Assembly: GCA_026397915.1 (NCBI GenBank)
Contig: JAPLTX010000020.1
Location: 3,299-67,298, forward strand
Direction: 5' to 3'
Source: Verrucomicrobiota bacterium
GTDB taxonomy: Bacteria > Verrucomicrobiota > Verrucomicrobiia > CAIQCK01
DNA: 64,000 bases
Position 1 is the stretch's first letter; the number at the start of each line of letters is the position of its first letter. The translations under genes were made by a program, and so were the position numbers. Shown here one piece after another: positions 10,080 through 19,664 of this stretch. Under the pieces are notes generated by a model. The model saw only the letters and a list, made by a program, of their open reading frames with translations. It was not told the origin of the DNA and did not search any database.

Positions 10080-11117
10080 ATGAAAGCGCTGGTTCTCAAA
10101 GCTTACAAACAACTTGTCGTTGAAGACGCGCCAGCGCCGGAGTTCGGGCCGGACGAGGTGCTCATCGCCGTAAAGGCGTGCGGCATCTGCGGCAGCGACG
10201 TGCATGGCATGGATGGCAGCACGGGCCGACGCCTGCCGCCGATCATCATGGGCCACGAAGCGGCAGGCGTGATCGCGAAGGCGGGCAGCGCGGTGACGAA
10301 CTGGAAGCCCGGCGACCGCGTGACGTTCGACTCGACCATCTATTGCGGCCAGTGCGACTTCTGCCACGTGGGTCGGATCAACCTTTGCAGCAACCGCCGC
10401 GTGCTCGGCGTTTCGTGCGACGAATACCGCCAGCACGGCGCGTTCGCGGAGTTCGTCGCCGTGCCGGCGCGTATCCTCCATCGTCTGCCGGACGCGTTGC
10501 CGTTTGAGCACGCTGCCTTGGTGGAACCGTTGTCCATCGCGCTTCACGCCGCGCGGCTCGCGCAGGTGTCGCGCGGCGAGGCAGCCGTGGTGATCGGCGC
10601 GGGCATCATCGGCTTGATGTTGGTTCAAGCGCTGCGCGTGGCGGGTTGTGAACAGATCATTGTGGTGGATGTTACGCCGGATCGGCTGGCTGTGGCGGCG
10701 CAACTCGGCGCGACTGCCACCATCAACTCCGCCAACGCCGACGCCCTTGCGGAGATCCTCTGGCTCACCAACAAGCGCGGCGCGGACCATGCTTTCGAGG
10801 CCGTCGGTGTCACGGCGACGGTGGACCTCGCTGTGCGCGGCGTGCGCAAAGGCGGCGCGGTGACGCTCGTGGGCAACGTCACGCCGAAGGTGGATCTGCC
10901 ACTGCAAATCGCCGTGGCGCGCGAGCTGACAATCCGCGGCTCTTGCGCGTCGAGCGGCGAGTATGGCGATTGCCTCGACCTGCTGGGGCGCGGCGAGGTG
11001 CAGGCGGCGCCTCTTATCAGCGCGGTCACGCCACTTGCGGAAGGCGCGGCGTGGTTCGACCGGCTCTACCGCAAGGAGCCGGGCTTGATGAAAGTCATCT
11101 TGAAGCCGACTGAATAA
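10080..11117 (+). CDS. Zn-dependent alcohol/polyol dehydrogenase (MDR family)
   Basis: GICGSDVHG catalytic-Zn motif, structural-Zn Cys cluster C..C..C….C and GAGIIGL Rossmann motif; 345 aa. Confidence 0.88.
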   Translation: MKALVLKAYKQLVVEDAPAPEFGPDEVLIAVKACGICGSDVHGMDGSTGRRLPPIIMGHEAAGVIAKAGSAVTNWKPGDRVTFDSTIYCGQCDFCHVGRINLCSNRRVLGVSCDEYRQHGAFAEFVAVPARILHRLPDALPFEHAALVEPLSIALHAARLAQVSRGEAAVVIGAGIIGLMLVQALRVAGCEQIIVVDVTPDRLAVAAQLGATATINSANADALAEILWLTNKRGADHAFEAVGVTATVDLAVRGVRKGGAVTLVGNVTPKVDLPLQIAVARELTIRGSCASSGEYGDCLDLLGRGEVQAAPLISAVTPLAEGAAWFDRLYRKEPGLMKVILKPTE

Positions 11118-11122
11118 CAACC

Positions 11123-11914
11123 ATGAACACCAACCTCTTCGATCTCACCGGCCGCGTTGCCATGGTCACCGGCACGAGCCGCGGACTGGGCCAATATCTC
11201 GGCCGCGCGCTCGCCCGCGCCGGCGCGGACCTCGTCATCACCAGCCGCGATGCGGCGACGCTCCCGCCGTTTCAGCGAGAGATCGAATCGCTTGGCCGCA
11301 AGGCGTTGCCATTGCCGCTCGATGTGCGCGACCACAACAGCATCCAGCGGGCAGTGGCGGCGGCGGTCGCACACTACGGGAAGATTGACATCCTGGTGAA
11401 CAACGCCGGCTGCAACGTCCGCAAGCCGGCGCTCGACGTGACTTGGGACGACTGGAACCTCGTGCTCGACACCAACCTGCGCGGGACGTTCTTCGTCGCG
11501 CAGGCCGTGGCGCGGCACATGATCGAGCGGAAATACGGTCGCATCATCAACATCGGCTCCGTGACATGCGTCGCCGGCTATGCGGGCCTCGCCCCTTACG
11601 GCGCGAGCCGCGGCGGCGTGAAGCAACTCACCATGAGCCTCGCCGACGATTGGGGCGTCCACGGCGTCACCGTGAACTGCCTCGCGCCTGGCTGGTTCAA
11701 GACCGCGCAGAACGCGGTGATGTATGAGAACCAGGAGTGGGTCGAGTATCTCTGCGACCGCATCCCGCTGAAGCGCCCCGGCCAGCCGCAGGACCTTGAC
11801 GGCGCGGTGGTATTCCTAGCGTCGGAGGCGAGCGGCTATGTCACCGGCCAGACGTTGCTGGTGGACGGCGGCATTTCCACCGGCGCGACACGCGCGATGC
11901 CGAAGAAGAAGTAG
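11123..11914 (+). CDS. SDR-family oxidoreductase (gluconate 5-dehydrogenase / KduD-like)
   Basis: TGTSRGLG cofactor motif, NNAG, and Y…K catalytic dyad region (YGASRGGVKQLT); 263 aa. Confidence 0.85.
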   Translation: MNTNLFDLTGRVAMVTGTSRGLGQYLGRALARAGADLVITSRDAATLPPFQREIESLGRKALPLPLDVRDHNSIQRAVAAAVAHYGKIDILVNNAGCNVRKPALDVTWDDWNLVLDTNLRGTFFVAQAVARHMIERKYGRIINIGSVTCVAGYAGLAPYGASRGGVKQLTMSLADDWGVHGVTVNCLAPGWFKTAQNAVMYENQEWVEYLCDRIPLKRPGQPQDLDGAVVFLASEASGYVTGQTLLVDGGISTGATRAMPKKK

Positions 11915-11952
11915 TTGCTGCGGATAACAAGAAGCCAATCATCGTCACGACC

Positions 11953-13152
11953 ATGAACGACCGGGAACGATTCATCGCCACGATGCACTACCAGCCGCGC
12001 GACCGTGCGCCGCTCTACGACTTCAGTTTCTGGGAAGAGACGCTGACGGAATGGCAGAAGCAGGGGTTGCCGAGCAGCGTGACGCGGCAGAATGTCGCCG
12101 ACTGTTTCGGGTTCGATGTGAGCCTGTTCGGCGGCGATCTGGCGTGGCACACCGGCTGTAACGTCGGGCTGTCTCCGGCGTTTGAGTTGAAGGTGCTGGA
12201 GGATCGCGGTGAGTCTGAAGTCCTCCAGCAGCCCGACGGCGCGCGCGTGGTGAAGAAGAAAGTGATGAGTTCGATTCCGATGCACGAGGGGCATCTGCTC
12301 GTGGACCGGCAGAGTTGGCGCGAGCACTACAAATGGCGTCTCGACCCGTCGCATCCCGACCGTTTTCCCAAGGCCGAGCCGCAACTCCGCTACGGCACCG
12401 CCGGCGTCGTCGCGATGCTCGACAACACGTGCAAATGTTGGGACGAGCGCGTGGCGTTCTGGCGCGACCCGCAGCGCACGCACCCGATCATCCTGCCCGG
12501 CGGCAGCCTCTACGGTTGGATTCGCAACTGGATGGGCGTCGAGAACGTTTCGATGGTCGTCTATGACGACCCGGCGTGGTTCGAGGAGATGGTCGAGACA
12601 CTCGCCGAATGCATCATCGGCGTGCTCCAACGCATTCTCAGCACCGGCGCACAGTTCGAGGCGTGCGCGGTGTGGGAGGACATGTGTTACAACACCGGCC
12701 CGCTCCTCGGCCCGGAACACTTCAAGCGGTTCCTTGTGCCACACTACAAACGCATCACCAGCCTCCTGCGCCGCCACGGCGTGGACGTTTGCTGGGTGGA
12801 CTGCGACGGCAAGATAGACGCGCTCGCGCCGCTCTGGCTCGACGCCGGCGTGAACTGCATGTTCCCCATCGAGGTCGGCACGTGGAACGGCGACGCCGTC
12901 GCGTTCCGCCGCGAATACGGCAAGGAAATGCTCATCATCGGCAGCGTGGACAAGCACATGCTCGCGCGCACCAAAGCCGACATCACCCGCGAGATGGCCC
13001 GACTCACGCCGCTGGTGGAGGAAGGCGGCTTCATTCCCACGCCTGACCACCGCGTTCCTCCCGACGTGTCGCTGGAGAACTATTTTTTCTACTGCGAAGA
13101 GGCGCGGAGGATTTGGGGCGGGGGCGTGAACCTCAAGCCGATGCGGCGATGA
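11953..13152 (+). CDS. Uroporphyrinogen-decarboxylase (URO-D) family protein
   Basis: N-terminal …YQPRDRAPLYDF… and C-terminal …GGFIPTPDHRVPPDVSLENY… resemble URO-D/MtaA-family TIM-barrel proteins; 399 aa. Confidence 0.6.
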   Translation: MNDRERFIATMHYQPRDRAPLYDFSFWEETLTEWQKQGLPSSVTRQNVADCFGFDVSLFGGDLAWHTGCNVGLSPAFELKVLEDRGESEVLQQPDGARVVKKKVMSSIPMHEGHLLVDRQSWREHYKWRLDPSHPDRFPKAEPQLRYGTAGVVAMLDNTCKCWDERVAFWRDPQRTHPIILPGGSLYGWIRNWMGVENVSMVVYDDPAWFEEMVETLAECIIGVLQRILSTGAQFEACAVWEDMCYNTGPLLGPEHFKRFLVPHYKRITSLLRRHGVDVCWVDCDGKIDALAPLWLDAGVNCMFPIEVGTWNGDAVAFRREYGKEMLIIGSVDKHMLARTKADITREMARLTPLVEEGGFIPTPDHRVPPDVSLENYFFYCEEARRIWGGGVNLKPMRR

Positions 13153-13223
13153 TGGTGGACCGACGCCCGTCTTGTTGCAGATTTCCTGTAACAAATTCTC
13201 GGTTTCGCTTCTGAGGTAGGTGT

Positions 13224-16200
13224 ATGAATACGTCTCAAGCGAATCCGGCCATGCCAAGCGGAAACAAATGTCCTCAATGCGGCGCTGCGTTGCCGGCGGG
13301 AGCGCTGGCGGGGCTTTGCCCGGCCTGCCTGCTCAAGCAAGGCGCTGCTGCTGACACCGCCCCGCCGCCCGGAGCTGCGCCGTTCACGCCACCGACGGTC
13401 GCCGAACTGGCGAAACTTTTCCCGCAGATCGAAATCCTCTCGCTCATCGGCCAGGGCGGCATGGGCGCGGTCTATAAAGCGCGCCAGAAACAGCTCGACC
13501 GGATCGTCGCGCTGAAAATCCTGCCGCCCGCCGTCAGCCACGATCCGAAGTTCGCCGAGCGATTCGCGCGCGAGGCCAGGGCGCTGGCCAGGCTCAACCA
13601 TCCGAACATCGTCACGCTTTACGAGTTCGGGCAGGCCGACGGGTTGTTTTATTTCCTGATGGAATTCATGGACGGCATGAACCTGCGGCAGTTGCTCAAC
13701 GCAGGCCGCGTCACGCCGAAAGAGGCGCTCGCCATCGTTCCGCCCATCTGCGACGCGCTCCAGTTCGCGCACGACCGCGGCATCGTCCACCGTGACATCA
13801 AGCCGGAGAACATCCTGCTCAGCAAAGAAGGCCAGGTGAAGATTGCCGATTTCGGCGTGGCCAAGATTGTCGCGAGCGAGCCGGCAACAACTGCTGCCAG
13901 CGGGACCGTTGCGCCTCTTTCCTCGCAGACCGACGCAGGCTTGGTGATGGGCACGCCGCAATACATGGCCCCGGAGCAAACGGAACACCCGTCGGAAGTG
14001 GATCACCGGGCCGACATCTACTCGCTGGGCGTCGTGTTTTACCAGATGCTCACCGGCGAACTGCCCAAGGGCAAGTTCGAGGCGCCTTCGAAGAAGGTGG
14101 TCATTGACGTGCGCCTCGATGAAGTGGTGCTGCGCGCGTTGGAAAAGGAACCGGAGCGGCGTTACCAGCAAGTCAGCGAAGTCAAAACACAGGTCGAGAC
14201 CATCGCCAACACGCCGGCAGTTGTTGGTGTCCCGGCTTCAGCCGGTCCGCAATCACCAACGCCCGTCCCGGCACAGCCGCAGCAGCCTCGCGTGCGTCTT
14301 GAAATCGCGGGAGCCGGCATCGCGTCCATCTTCTTCCTCGACCTCCTGTTCTGGATTGGGGCCTTCTGCTTACCGACGGCCCCGGCGGAGCCGTTCACAA
14401 CGCTCGCTTCGTTGGGCCTGCCCTTTGCTCTGTTGGCGCCAGTGATTACCCCACTGTTCGGTTGGTTGGCCGTCTCGAAAATCCGCTGTTCGGCAGGCCC
14501 GGATCGCGGTCTCGGCTTGGCCGTATTCGACGGACTGCTGTTTCCATTGCTGGCGCTCGACTGGGTGATTGGGTTACTTTCAGTCTTTTCGGCGGGGTTA
14601 GTGGCCGGACTCAGGGGACTTCGCGGTTCGCTGTTCGATCACATGCCGGAATTGGCGGCTTGGCTGCTGCTCACAATCGGCTTGATTGCGTGGTTGGATT
14701 ACTTGATCGTTCGCAGCGTCTGGCGCGCGGTAAGCAAGCCGCTTGGCAGTGATCGATCGCCCAGAGTGTCCGCAACAATTTCTCCCGCAGGCGCGCAGCC
14801 AGCGGCGGCAACCGAAGAGATTCGGCGGCAGGTCAAAGGTCCGGCGATTGGCCTGTTGGTGACCGGTATTCTTAACTGGATTCTCATCTCGGCGATTGCG
14901 TTGTTCATGTTGTATTATCTCTCCAGCCTATCGGCCGTTTTCGGTGGGACTCCCAGTATCGTTCAATTGCGGTCGCCAGAAACGACCGTGCCATTGGCGG
15001 CTGTCCCGATTGCCGCCTTGGTGCTCAGCAGCCTGATGATCTTCAGCGCGTTGAAGATGAAGCGGCTGGAGGGCTACGGTTGGGCGGTTGCCGCCGCCAT
15101 CCTCGCCATCCTCGTCTCGCCCGGCAACATCATCGGTCTGCCACTCGGCATCTGGGCGCTGGTCGTGCTGGCGCGACCGGAAGTGCGAGCGGCGTTTCGG
15201 CAGAGTGAAAAAGGCGGTGGCGTTGCGCCGCCAAGCAGGCTGAGCGCTGCGAATGCAGCCGACGCCAAGGCGCAGACCGGCGGTTGGTGGCGCGTGACGT
15301 TGAGCGTGGTGGCGCAGGTCGCGGCGATGGTGCCGTTGCTGGCGTTCGCGACCTACATCGTTCCGAAGTCTGAGACGCTCGCCAGAGATTTTGGCGCAGG
15401 ATTGCCGGGCGCGACGATTCGGATCGTGCACGCGATGCATTTTTTGCAGGGCTGGTCTTTTTGGGCGTTGGTAGCGGCCATATTGTTGAGTTGGGCGATG
15501 TATCGTTGGGGTGGACGCAAATTGCTCTGGCGCTGGACGGTCGGAGTCGCCGCGGGCTTGTTTGCGTTGTTTGTCGTGACGGTAGCGGCGGTAATCATTC
15601 CGATCTTGTGTTACGCGCCGCAGGTGATTCAGCGGAATCCGGCGCGCACTGAGAAAACGACGACGCCGCCTCGCGTGCCGCCTGAAACCACCGGCGGGCC
15701 GGCAATCGCGCAGGTAAAAGTTGAACGCAACCAGGTCGTCATCGAGGGCCGCGGCGCGCCGGATGCGAAGTTCGTTTTTCAGGTCGGCAAAGGCTCTTGG
15801 AACTGCAATTTTCTTAACGATTCGCCGTTCACCGCCACCATCGAGCGCGCGTGGTGGGGAGGGGAACTGATCTACGACGTCAGGGATTCACGCGGCAACG
15901 TGCTCAGCACTATTCGCGGCGGCAGGGTTGGCCCCATGACTGAGCACCAGCGGGGCCAGATCGTCTTCCGCAAAGGCACGCTGTCGCCCGAATCGGACAA
16001 CTCGTATGTCATCGGCGAGTTTCGGGCTGAAACCGGCCAGCCATTTCCAATCAGCGTGCGGTTGGAGACATTGAGCAAGCAGACCGTTTCGCCTGCCGAC
16101 GCGAAGCCCACGCCGCGCCTGCAATTCCGCCTTGTCGCCGCTGCCAACGACACCGCGCCCACCGACACGCTCGCCGATCCGGGCAGCAAGGAACCGTTGC

Positions 16201-17042
16201 GCATTCGCAAGGAAGTCCTGCTCGACGAATCCGCCGTGGCTCGCGCCTCTATAGTGGTCTCGCCGGAGCGCGGCGTGTCGGTGGAGGTTGAATTTAACGA
16301 GGCCGGTGCGACACGGTTTGCCCAGATCACCGGCGCGAACATCGGCAAGCGGTTGGCGGTGGTTTTCGACGGCAAGGTGCTCTCTGCGCCGACGATCATG
16401 TCCGTGATTCACGACAAGGCCGTCATCACCGGCAACTTCACTGCCGTCGAGGTGGCCGAGGCGATTGCGAACGCGCTCAATGCGGCCAAAGCAAAGCCGC
16501 CGCTCCTTGGGGCCGACCTGACGCAGGATGTGGTGAAGGATCTCCAGTTGGATGGGACAATCCGGTTCAAGACGAGCGTTACGCAGCGCAACACGGGCGG
16601 CGAGTCGCTGAAGACGCTCCGCTTCGCCAACTCCGACTTCATCCACGTGGACGCACTCATGGATGCGCATGGGCGCGCGATGTCGTTTGCTGTTAAACGC
16701 ACGGGCAAGATGACCTTGAATTATGAAGCCACGCTGGCCGAGCCGGTGAAGCCGGGCGCGGAATACACCTACGTCATGGCGGGAACGGAAACCGGCTTGG
16801 TGAAGCATCTGCCGCAGTCGGGTGAGTTTGAATACGTTATGCGCCACTGGCCGGGATCGGGCCGCACACGCCGAATCGAGCGCCATCTGTTGCCCGTCAG
16901 CGCGCGGTTGCTCAGCAAGACGCCTGCCGATTTGGCCGAGCGCATTCGTGACAGCCGCGTCGAGTTGTTCATTGACCGCCTGATTCCGAGCGGCGACAGC
17001 TTGGAAGTCCGCTACACTTATCGTCTGCCAACCAAACCATGA
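13224..17042 (+). CDS. Multi-domain membrane Ser/Thr protein kinase: N-terminal zinc ribbon, Hanks kinase domain, ~10 TM helices and a large C-terminal non-cytoplasmic domain
   Basis: CPQCGA…CPAC ribbon; kinase motifs GQGGMGAVYKA, HRDIKPENILL, DFG, GTPQYMAPE. A long run of hydrophobic helices spans aa ~370-830. The C-terminal region contains a SecD-P1-head-like segment (KRLAVVFDGKVLSAPTIMSVIHDKAVITGNFTAVEVAEAIANAL). Confidence 0.85.
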   Translation: MNTSQANPAMPSGNKCPQCGAALPAGALAGLCPACLLKQGAAADTAPPPGAAPFTPPTVAELAKLFPQIEILSLIGQGGMGAVYKARQKQLDRIVALKILPPAVSHDPKFAERFAREARALARLNHPNIVTLYEFGQADGLFYFLMEFMDGMNLRQLLNAGRVTPKEALAIVPPICDALQFAHDRGIVHRDIKPENILLSKEGQVKIADFGVAKIVASEPATTAASGTVAPLSSQTDAGLVMGTPQYMAPEQTEHPSEVDHRADIYSLGVVFYQMLTGELPKGKFEAPSKKVVIDVRLDEVVLRALEKEPERRYQQVSEVKTQVETIANTPAVVGVPASAGPQSPTPVPAQPQQPRVRLEIAGAGIASIFFLDLLFWIGAFCLPTAPAEPFTTLASLGLPFALLAPVITPLFGWLAVSKIRCSAGPDRGLGLAVFDGLLFPLLALDWVIGLLSVFSAGLVAGLRGLRGSLFDHMPELAAWLLLTIGLIAWLDYLIVRSVWRAVSKPLGSDRSPRVSATISPAGAQPAAATEEIRRQVKGPAIGLLVTGILNWILISAIALFMLYYLSSLSAVFGGTPSIVQLRSPETTVPLAAVPIAALVLSSLMIFSALKMKRLEGYGWAVAAAILAILVSPGNIIGLPLGIWALVVLARPEVRAAFRQSEKGGGVAPPSRLSAANAADAKAQTGGWWRVTLSVVAQVAAMVPLLAFATYIVPKSETLARDFGAGLPGATIRIVHAMHFLQGWSFWALVAAILLSWAMYRWGGRKLLWRWTVGVAAGLFALFVVTVAAVIIPILCYAPQVIQRNPARTEKTTTPPRVPPETTGGPAIAQVKVERNQVVIEGRGAPDAKFVFQVGKGSWNCNFLNDSPFTATIERAWWGGELIYDVRDSRGNVLSTIRGGRVGPMTEHQRGQIVFRKGTLSPESDNSYVIGEFRAETGQPFPISVRLETLSKQTVSPADAKPTPRLQFRLVAAANDTAPTDTLADPGSKEPLRIRKEVLLDESAVARASIVVSPERGVSVEVEFNEAGATRFAQITGANIGKRLAVVFDGKVLSAPTIMSVIHDKAVITGNFTAVEVAEAIANALNAAKAKPPLLGADLTQDVVKDLQLDGTIRFKTSVTQRNTGGESLKTLRFANSDFIHVDALMDAHGRAMSFAVKRTGKMTLNYEATLAEPVKPGAEYTYVMAGTETGLVKHLPQSGEFEYVMRHWPGSGRTRRIERHLLPVSARLLSKTPADLAERIRDSRVELFIDRLIPSGDSLEVRYTYRLPTKP

Positions 17043-17056
17043 AAGGAGAACCACTC

Positions 17057-17818
17057 ATGAAGAACATCATCACAACTCTGCTAACCGCGACGGCTCTGAT
17101 CGGCGTCTCACTAGCCGCTGATGATAAACCCGTCTCTCTGCAAAAAGCCGAGGCCGCGCCTTCCGCGCCTGCCGAGGCGTCAGTCCCGCTGGTGCTGGCA
17201 ATCTCGTTGCAGGAGGAAACTTTCTCGCTGCCAATCGCCGACGCGTCGGCGCTGCTGCGAAAGTTTCCCTCCGACGCCGAGCGCTACAAGGAGCTGGTGC
17301 GCCGCGCGGATGCCAAACAGGCGCGCTTGGAAAGGTTGGTTGTCTTGCGCACGATCTCCGGCCAACAGGCAAAGGTGGAGGCGATCAACGAGCTGACTTT
17401 TCCGTCGGAATCGGCTCGCGCCGTCGGCGCCGCCTCCGGCAAGCGCGCGCAGGGCAAGGCTTCGGTCGCCCTCCAAACCCGCAACCTTGGCGACACGCTG
17501 AACCTCACGCCCCTGTTAAGTCCCGACGGGAGCATCATTAACGTCACGCTGATTCCCGAAGGGTCGTTCCTCGCCGGCTATAATATAAGGGCCGAGCCAG
17601 GAAACATGGGCGCGCCTGCCGATCCTGGGCACGGCGCGGTTGACCACCTCGGTCATCCTCAAGGTGGGCGAGCCGTTTCTGCTCGGCACGTTCAGCCCAC
17701 CGTTCAACAACGGCATCGCGCCGCAGCAACGCGAGCATCGCGTCTGGCTGGAGTTTATCACAGGCACGCCCGTTGCCGGTGGAAAATAGCGGCGCATTCG
17801 TCCGGCATCGCTCCGTGA
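17057..17818 (+). CDS. Secreted hypothetical protein, apparently frameshifted near 17590-17610
   Basis: AAGGAG Shine-Dalgarno 8 nt upstream of ATG 17057, then signal peptide MKNIITTLLTATALIGVSLAADD. After ~17600 the annotated frame turns Arg/His-rich and low-complexity. The +1 frame (17589..17789) encodes a protein-like tail (…ARLPILGTARLTTSVILKVGEPFLLGTFSPPFNNG…). Confidence 0.55.
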   Translation: MKNIITTLLTATALIGVSLAADDKPVSLQKAEAAPSAPAEASVPLVLAISLQEETFSLPIADASALLRKFPSDAERYKELVRRADAKQARLERLVVLRTISGQQAKVEAINELTFPSESARAVGAASGKRAQGKASVALQTRNLGDTLNLTPLLSPDGSIINVTLIPEGSFLAGYNIRAEPGNMGAPADPGHGAVDHLGHPQGGRAVSARHVQPTVQQRHRAAATRASRLAGVYHRHARCRWKIAAHSSGIAP

Positions 17819-17831
17819 CGCGAACATCATC

Positions 17832-18377
17832 ATGACCATTTCCACGTCACAGAGTGACGCAGAACTCCAAACCCGCCACTTCGGCAAACGCGTCTCCAAA
17901 TCAAAAGCCAACGACCCTGCCGGGCACGAACAAGAAATGAAAACAACCATCGTTCCGTATTCAGATAACGCGCATCGCAGCCAAGTTGTGGCCTTGTGGG
18001 AGATCGTTTTCGGCTATGACGCACCGCACAACAAACCGAGCATTGTGATTGATAAGAAGATCGCCTCGATGGATCAGCTCTTCTTTGTCGCGCTCGCTGG
18101 TGATGCGGTTGTCGGCACTATCATGGCTGGATATGACGGACATCGCGGCTGGATTTATTCCGTTGCTGTGTCTTCGTCATGCCGTCGTCAAGGGGTCGGC
18201 TCTCGCCTCATGGCTGTTGCCGAGGAGTCCTTGATCGGCATGGGTTGCGTGAAGATCAATCTGCAGATTCTGCAAGGCAACGAGAGTGTTACGGTCTTTT
18301 ATTCGTCGCTCGGTTATTCCGTTGAGCAGCGGATTAGCATGGGCAAACGAATCCATGAAAACATACCCGCCGCCTGA
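17832..18377 (+). CDS. GNAT-family N-acetyltransferase
   Basis: Acetyl-CoA-binding motif region CRRQGVGSRLM and overall GNAT fold pattern. An alternative start at Met 17938 would give a 146-aa GNAT core. Confidence 0.7.
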   Translation: MTISTSQSDAELQTRHFGKRVSKSKANDPAGHEQEMKTTIVPYSDNAHRSQVVALWEIVFGYDAPHNKPSIVIDKKIASMDQLFFVALAGDAVVGTIMAGYDGHRGWIYSVAVSSSCRRQGVGSRLMAVAEESLIGMGCVKINLQILQGNESVTVFYSSLGYSVEQRISMGKRIHENIPAA

Positions 18378-19344
18378 CTTGGTCGTTATGCCTCATCATC
18401 GCAAACAAGCCGCGGTTTTTCTCCTCCTGACCTTTGGCATCAGTTGGACACTGATTTTTGCCTACTTCGCAACGGGTGGGCGCATCTATTCGGCATCGTG
18501 GTTCGTCGTCGCGATCCTCTTTATGTTCACTCCGATGATTGCAGCGATCATCGTCCAGAAAACCGTTTATCGGGAGGCGGTGATAGGACCCTTGGGTGTT
18601 TCCTTTCGGTTTAACCGATGGATGGTGATCGGCTGGTTGTTTCCGGCGCTGCTAGCGGTGACGGCCACTGGCGTCAGTCTGCTGTTCCCCGGTATCCACT
18701 TTACCCGCGACCCGGTATCGGCGAATGCCTTCCAGTTTTTTGGCGCAGCCCTGTCGGAAACCCAAATTGACGAACTGAAGCAAAAGCTGGTGGAACTTCC
18801 CCTGCATCCGTTTTTGCTCTCCATTTTGGGAGGCTCCCTGGCGGGCTTAACGATCAACGCCGTGGCTGGGTTCGGGGAGGAGTTGGGCTGGCGCAGTTTG
18901 TTGCAGCGGGAGTGGGCGGGACTTGGTTTCTGGAAGTCTTCGTGGTGTATCGGTTTCGTTTGGGGTATCTGGCACACGCCGTTCATTCTGCACGGTTATA
19001 ACTATCCCGGTCACCCCATTGCTGGCGTCGTGGCCATGACGCTCTGGACCATGTTGTTCAGCCCGTTGATTGCGTATGTGCGAATTCGCTCCGGTTCGGT
19101 GATCGGGGCCGCTATCATGCATGGGGCGTTGAATGGCACCGCCATCGCTCCGGCGTTAGTGATTCACGGAGGCGATAGCCTCACCGTCGGCGTCATCGGC
19201 GCCGCCGGTTGTCTGGTTCTCCTGCTTTGCAATGGCCTGCTGTTTTGGTTCGGCAAAAAGGACGGCTGGCATATCAAATCACTGGAGACGCTCCGCGCGC
19301 TGCCGCAAGTTGAGGGCCGCGGCGACACTGCGCCCACACCATGA
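18355..19344 (+). CDS. CPBP-family (CAAX/Abi, PF02517-like) intramembrane metalloprotease
   Basis: Multi-pass membrane protein with EELGWR (EExxxR), FxxxH (IWHTPF) and HGALN (HxxxN) motifs. Start chosen at MKTYPPPD, overlapping the GNAT gene end. Confidence 0.75.
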   Translation: MKTYPPPDLVVMPHHRKQAAVFLLLTFGISWTLIFAYFATGGRIYSASWFVVAILFMFTPMIAAIIVQKTVYREAVIGPLGVSFRFNRWMVIGWLFPALLAVTATGVSLLFPGIHFTRDPVSANAFQFFGAALSETQIDELKQKLVELPLHPFLLSILGGSLAGLTINAVAGFGEELGWRSLLQREWAGLGFWKSSWCIGFVWGIWHTPFILHGYNYPGHPIAGVVAMTLWTMLFSPLIAYVRIRSGSVIGAAIMHGALNGTAIAPALVIHGGDSLTVGVIGAAGCLVLLLCNGLLFWFGKKDGWHIKSLETLRALPQVEGRGDTAPTP

Positions 19345-19649
19345 ACATCATCATTGCCCGATTCAGGCAGCCAGATGCGGAGTTTTCTTATGTCATGGAG
19401 GGAACGGAGACAGGCTTAGTGAAGCGCCTCCCGCAACCGGGCGAGTTTGAATACACCATGCGCCACTGGCCGGGCACGATCCGCACGCGCCGCATCGAGC
19501 GCCACCTGCTGCCGACCGGCGCGCGGTTGCTCAGCAAGACGCCCGCCGATTTGACCGAGCGCACACGCGACGGACGCATTGAGTTGTTCATTGAACGTGT
19601 GATTCCCGGCGGCGACAGCTTGGAGATCAGCTACCGTTGGGCGCAATAA
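19341..19649 (+). pseudogene. Orphan duplicated copy of the 3' end of the Ser/Thr kinase gene (last ~95 codons)
   Basis: 19372..19649 is ~85% nucleotide-identical to 16775..17042 and the predicted peptides match closely (YVMAGTETGLVKHLPQSGEFEYVMRHWPG… vs YVMEGTETGLVKRLPQPGEFEYTMRHWPG…). It has a short unrelated N-terminus and no kinase or other upstream domains. Confidence 0.6.
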
Positions 19650-19664
19650 GGAGACCAGCACGAC

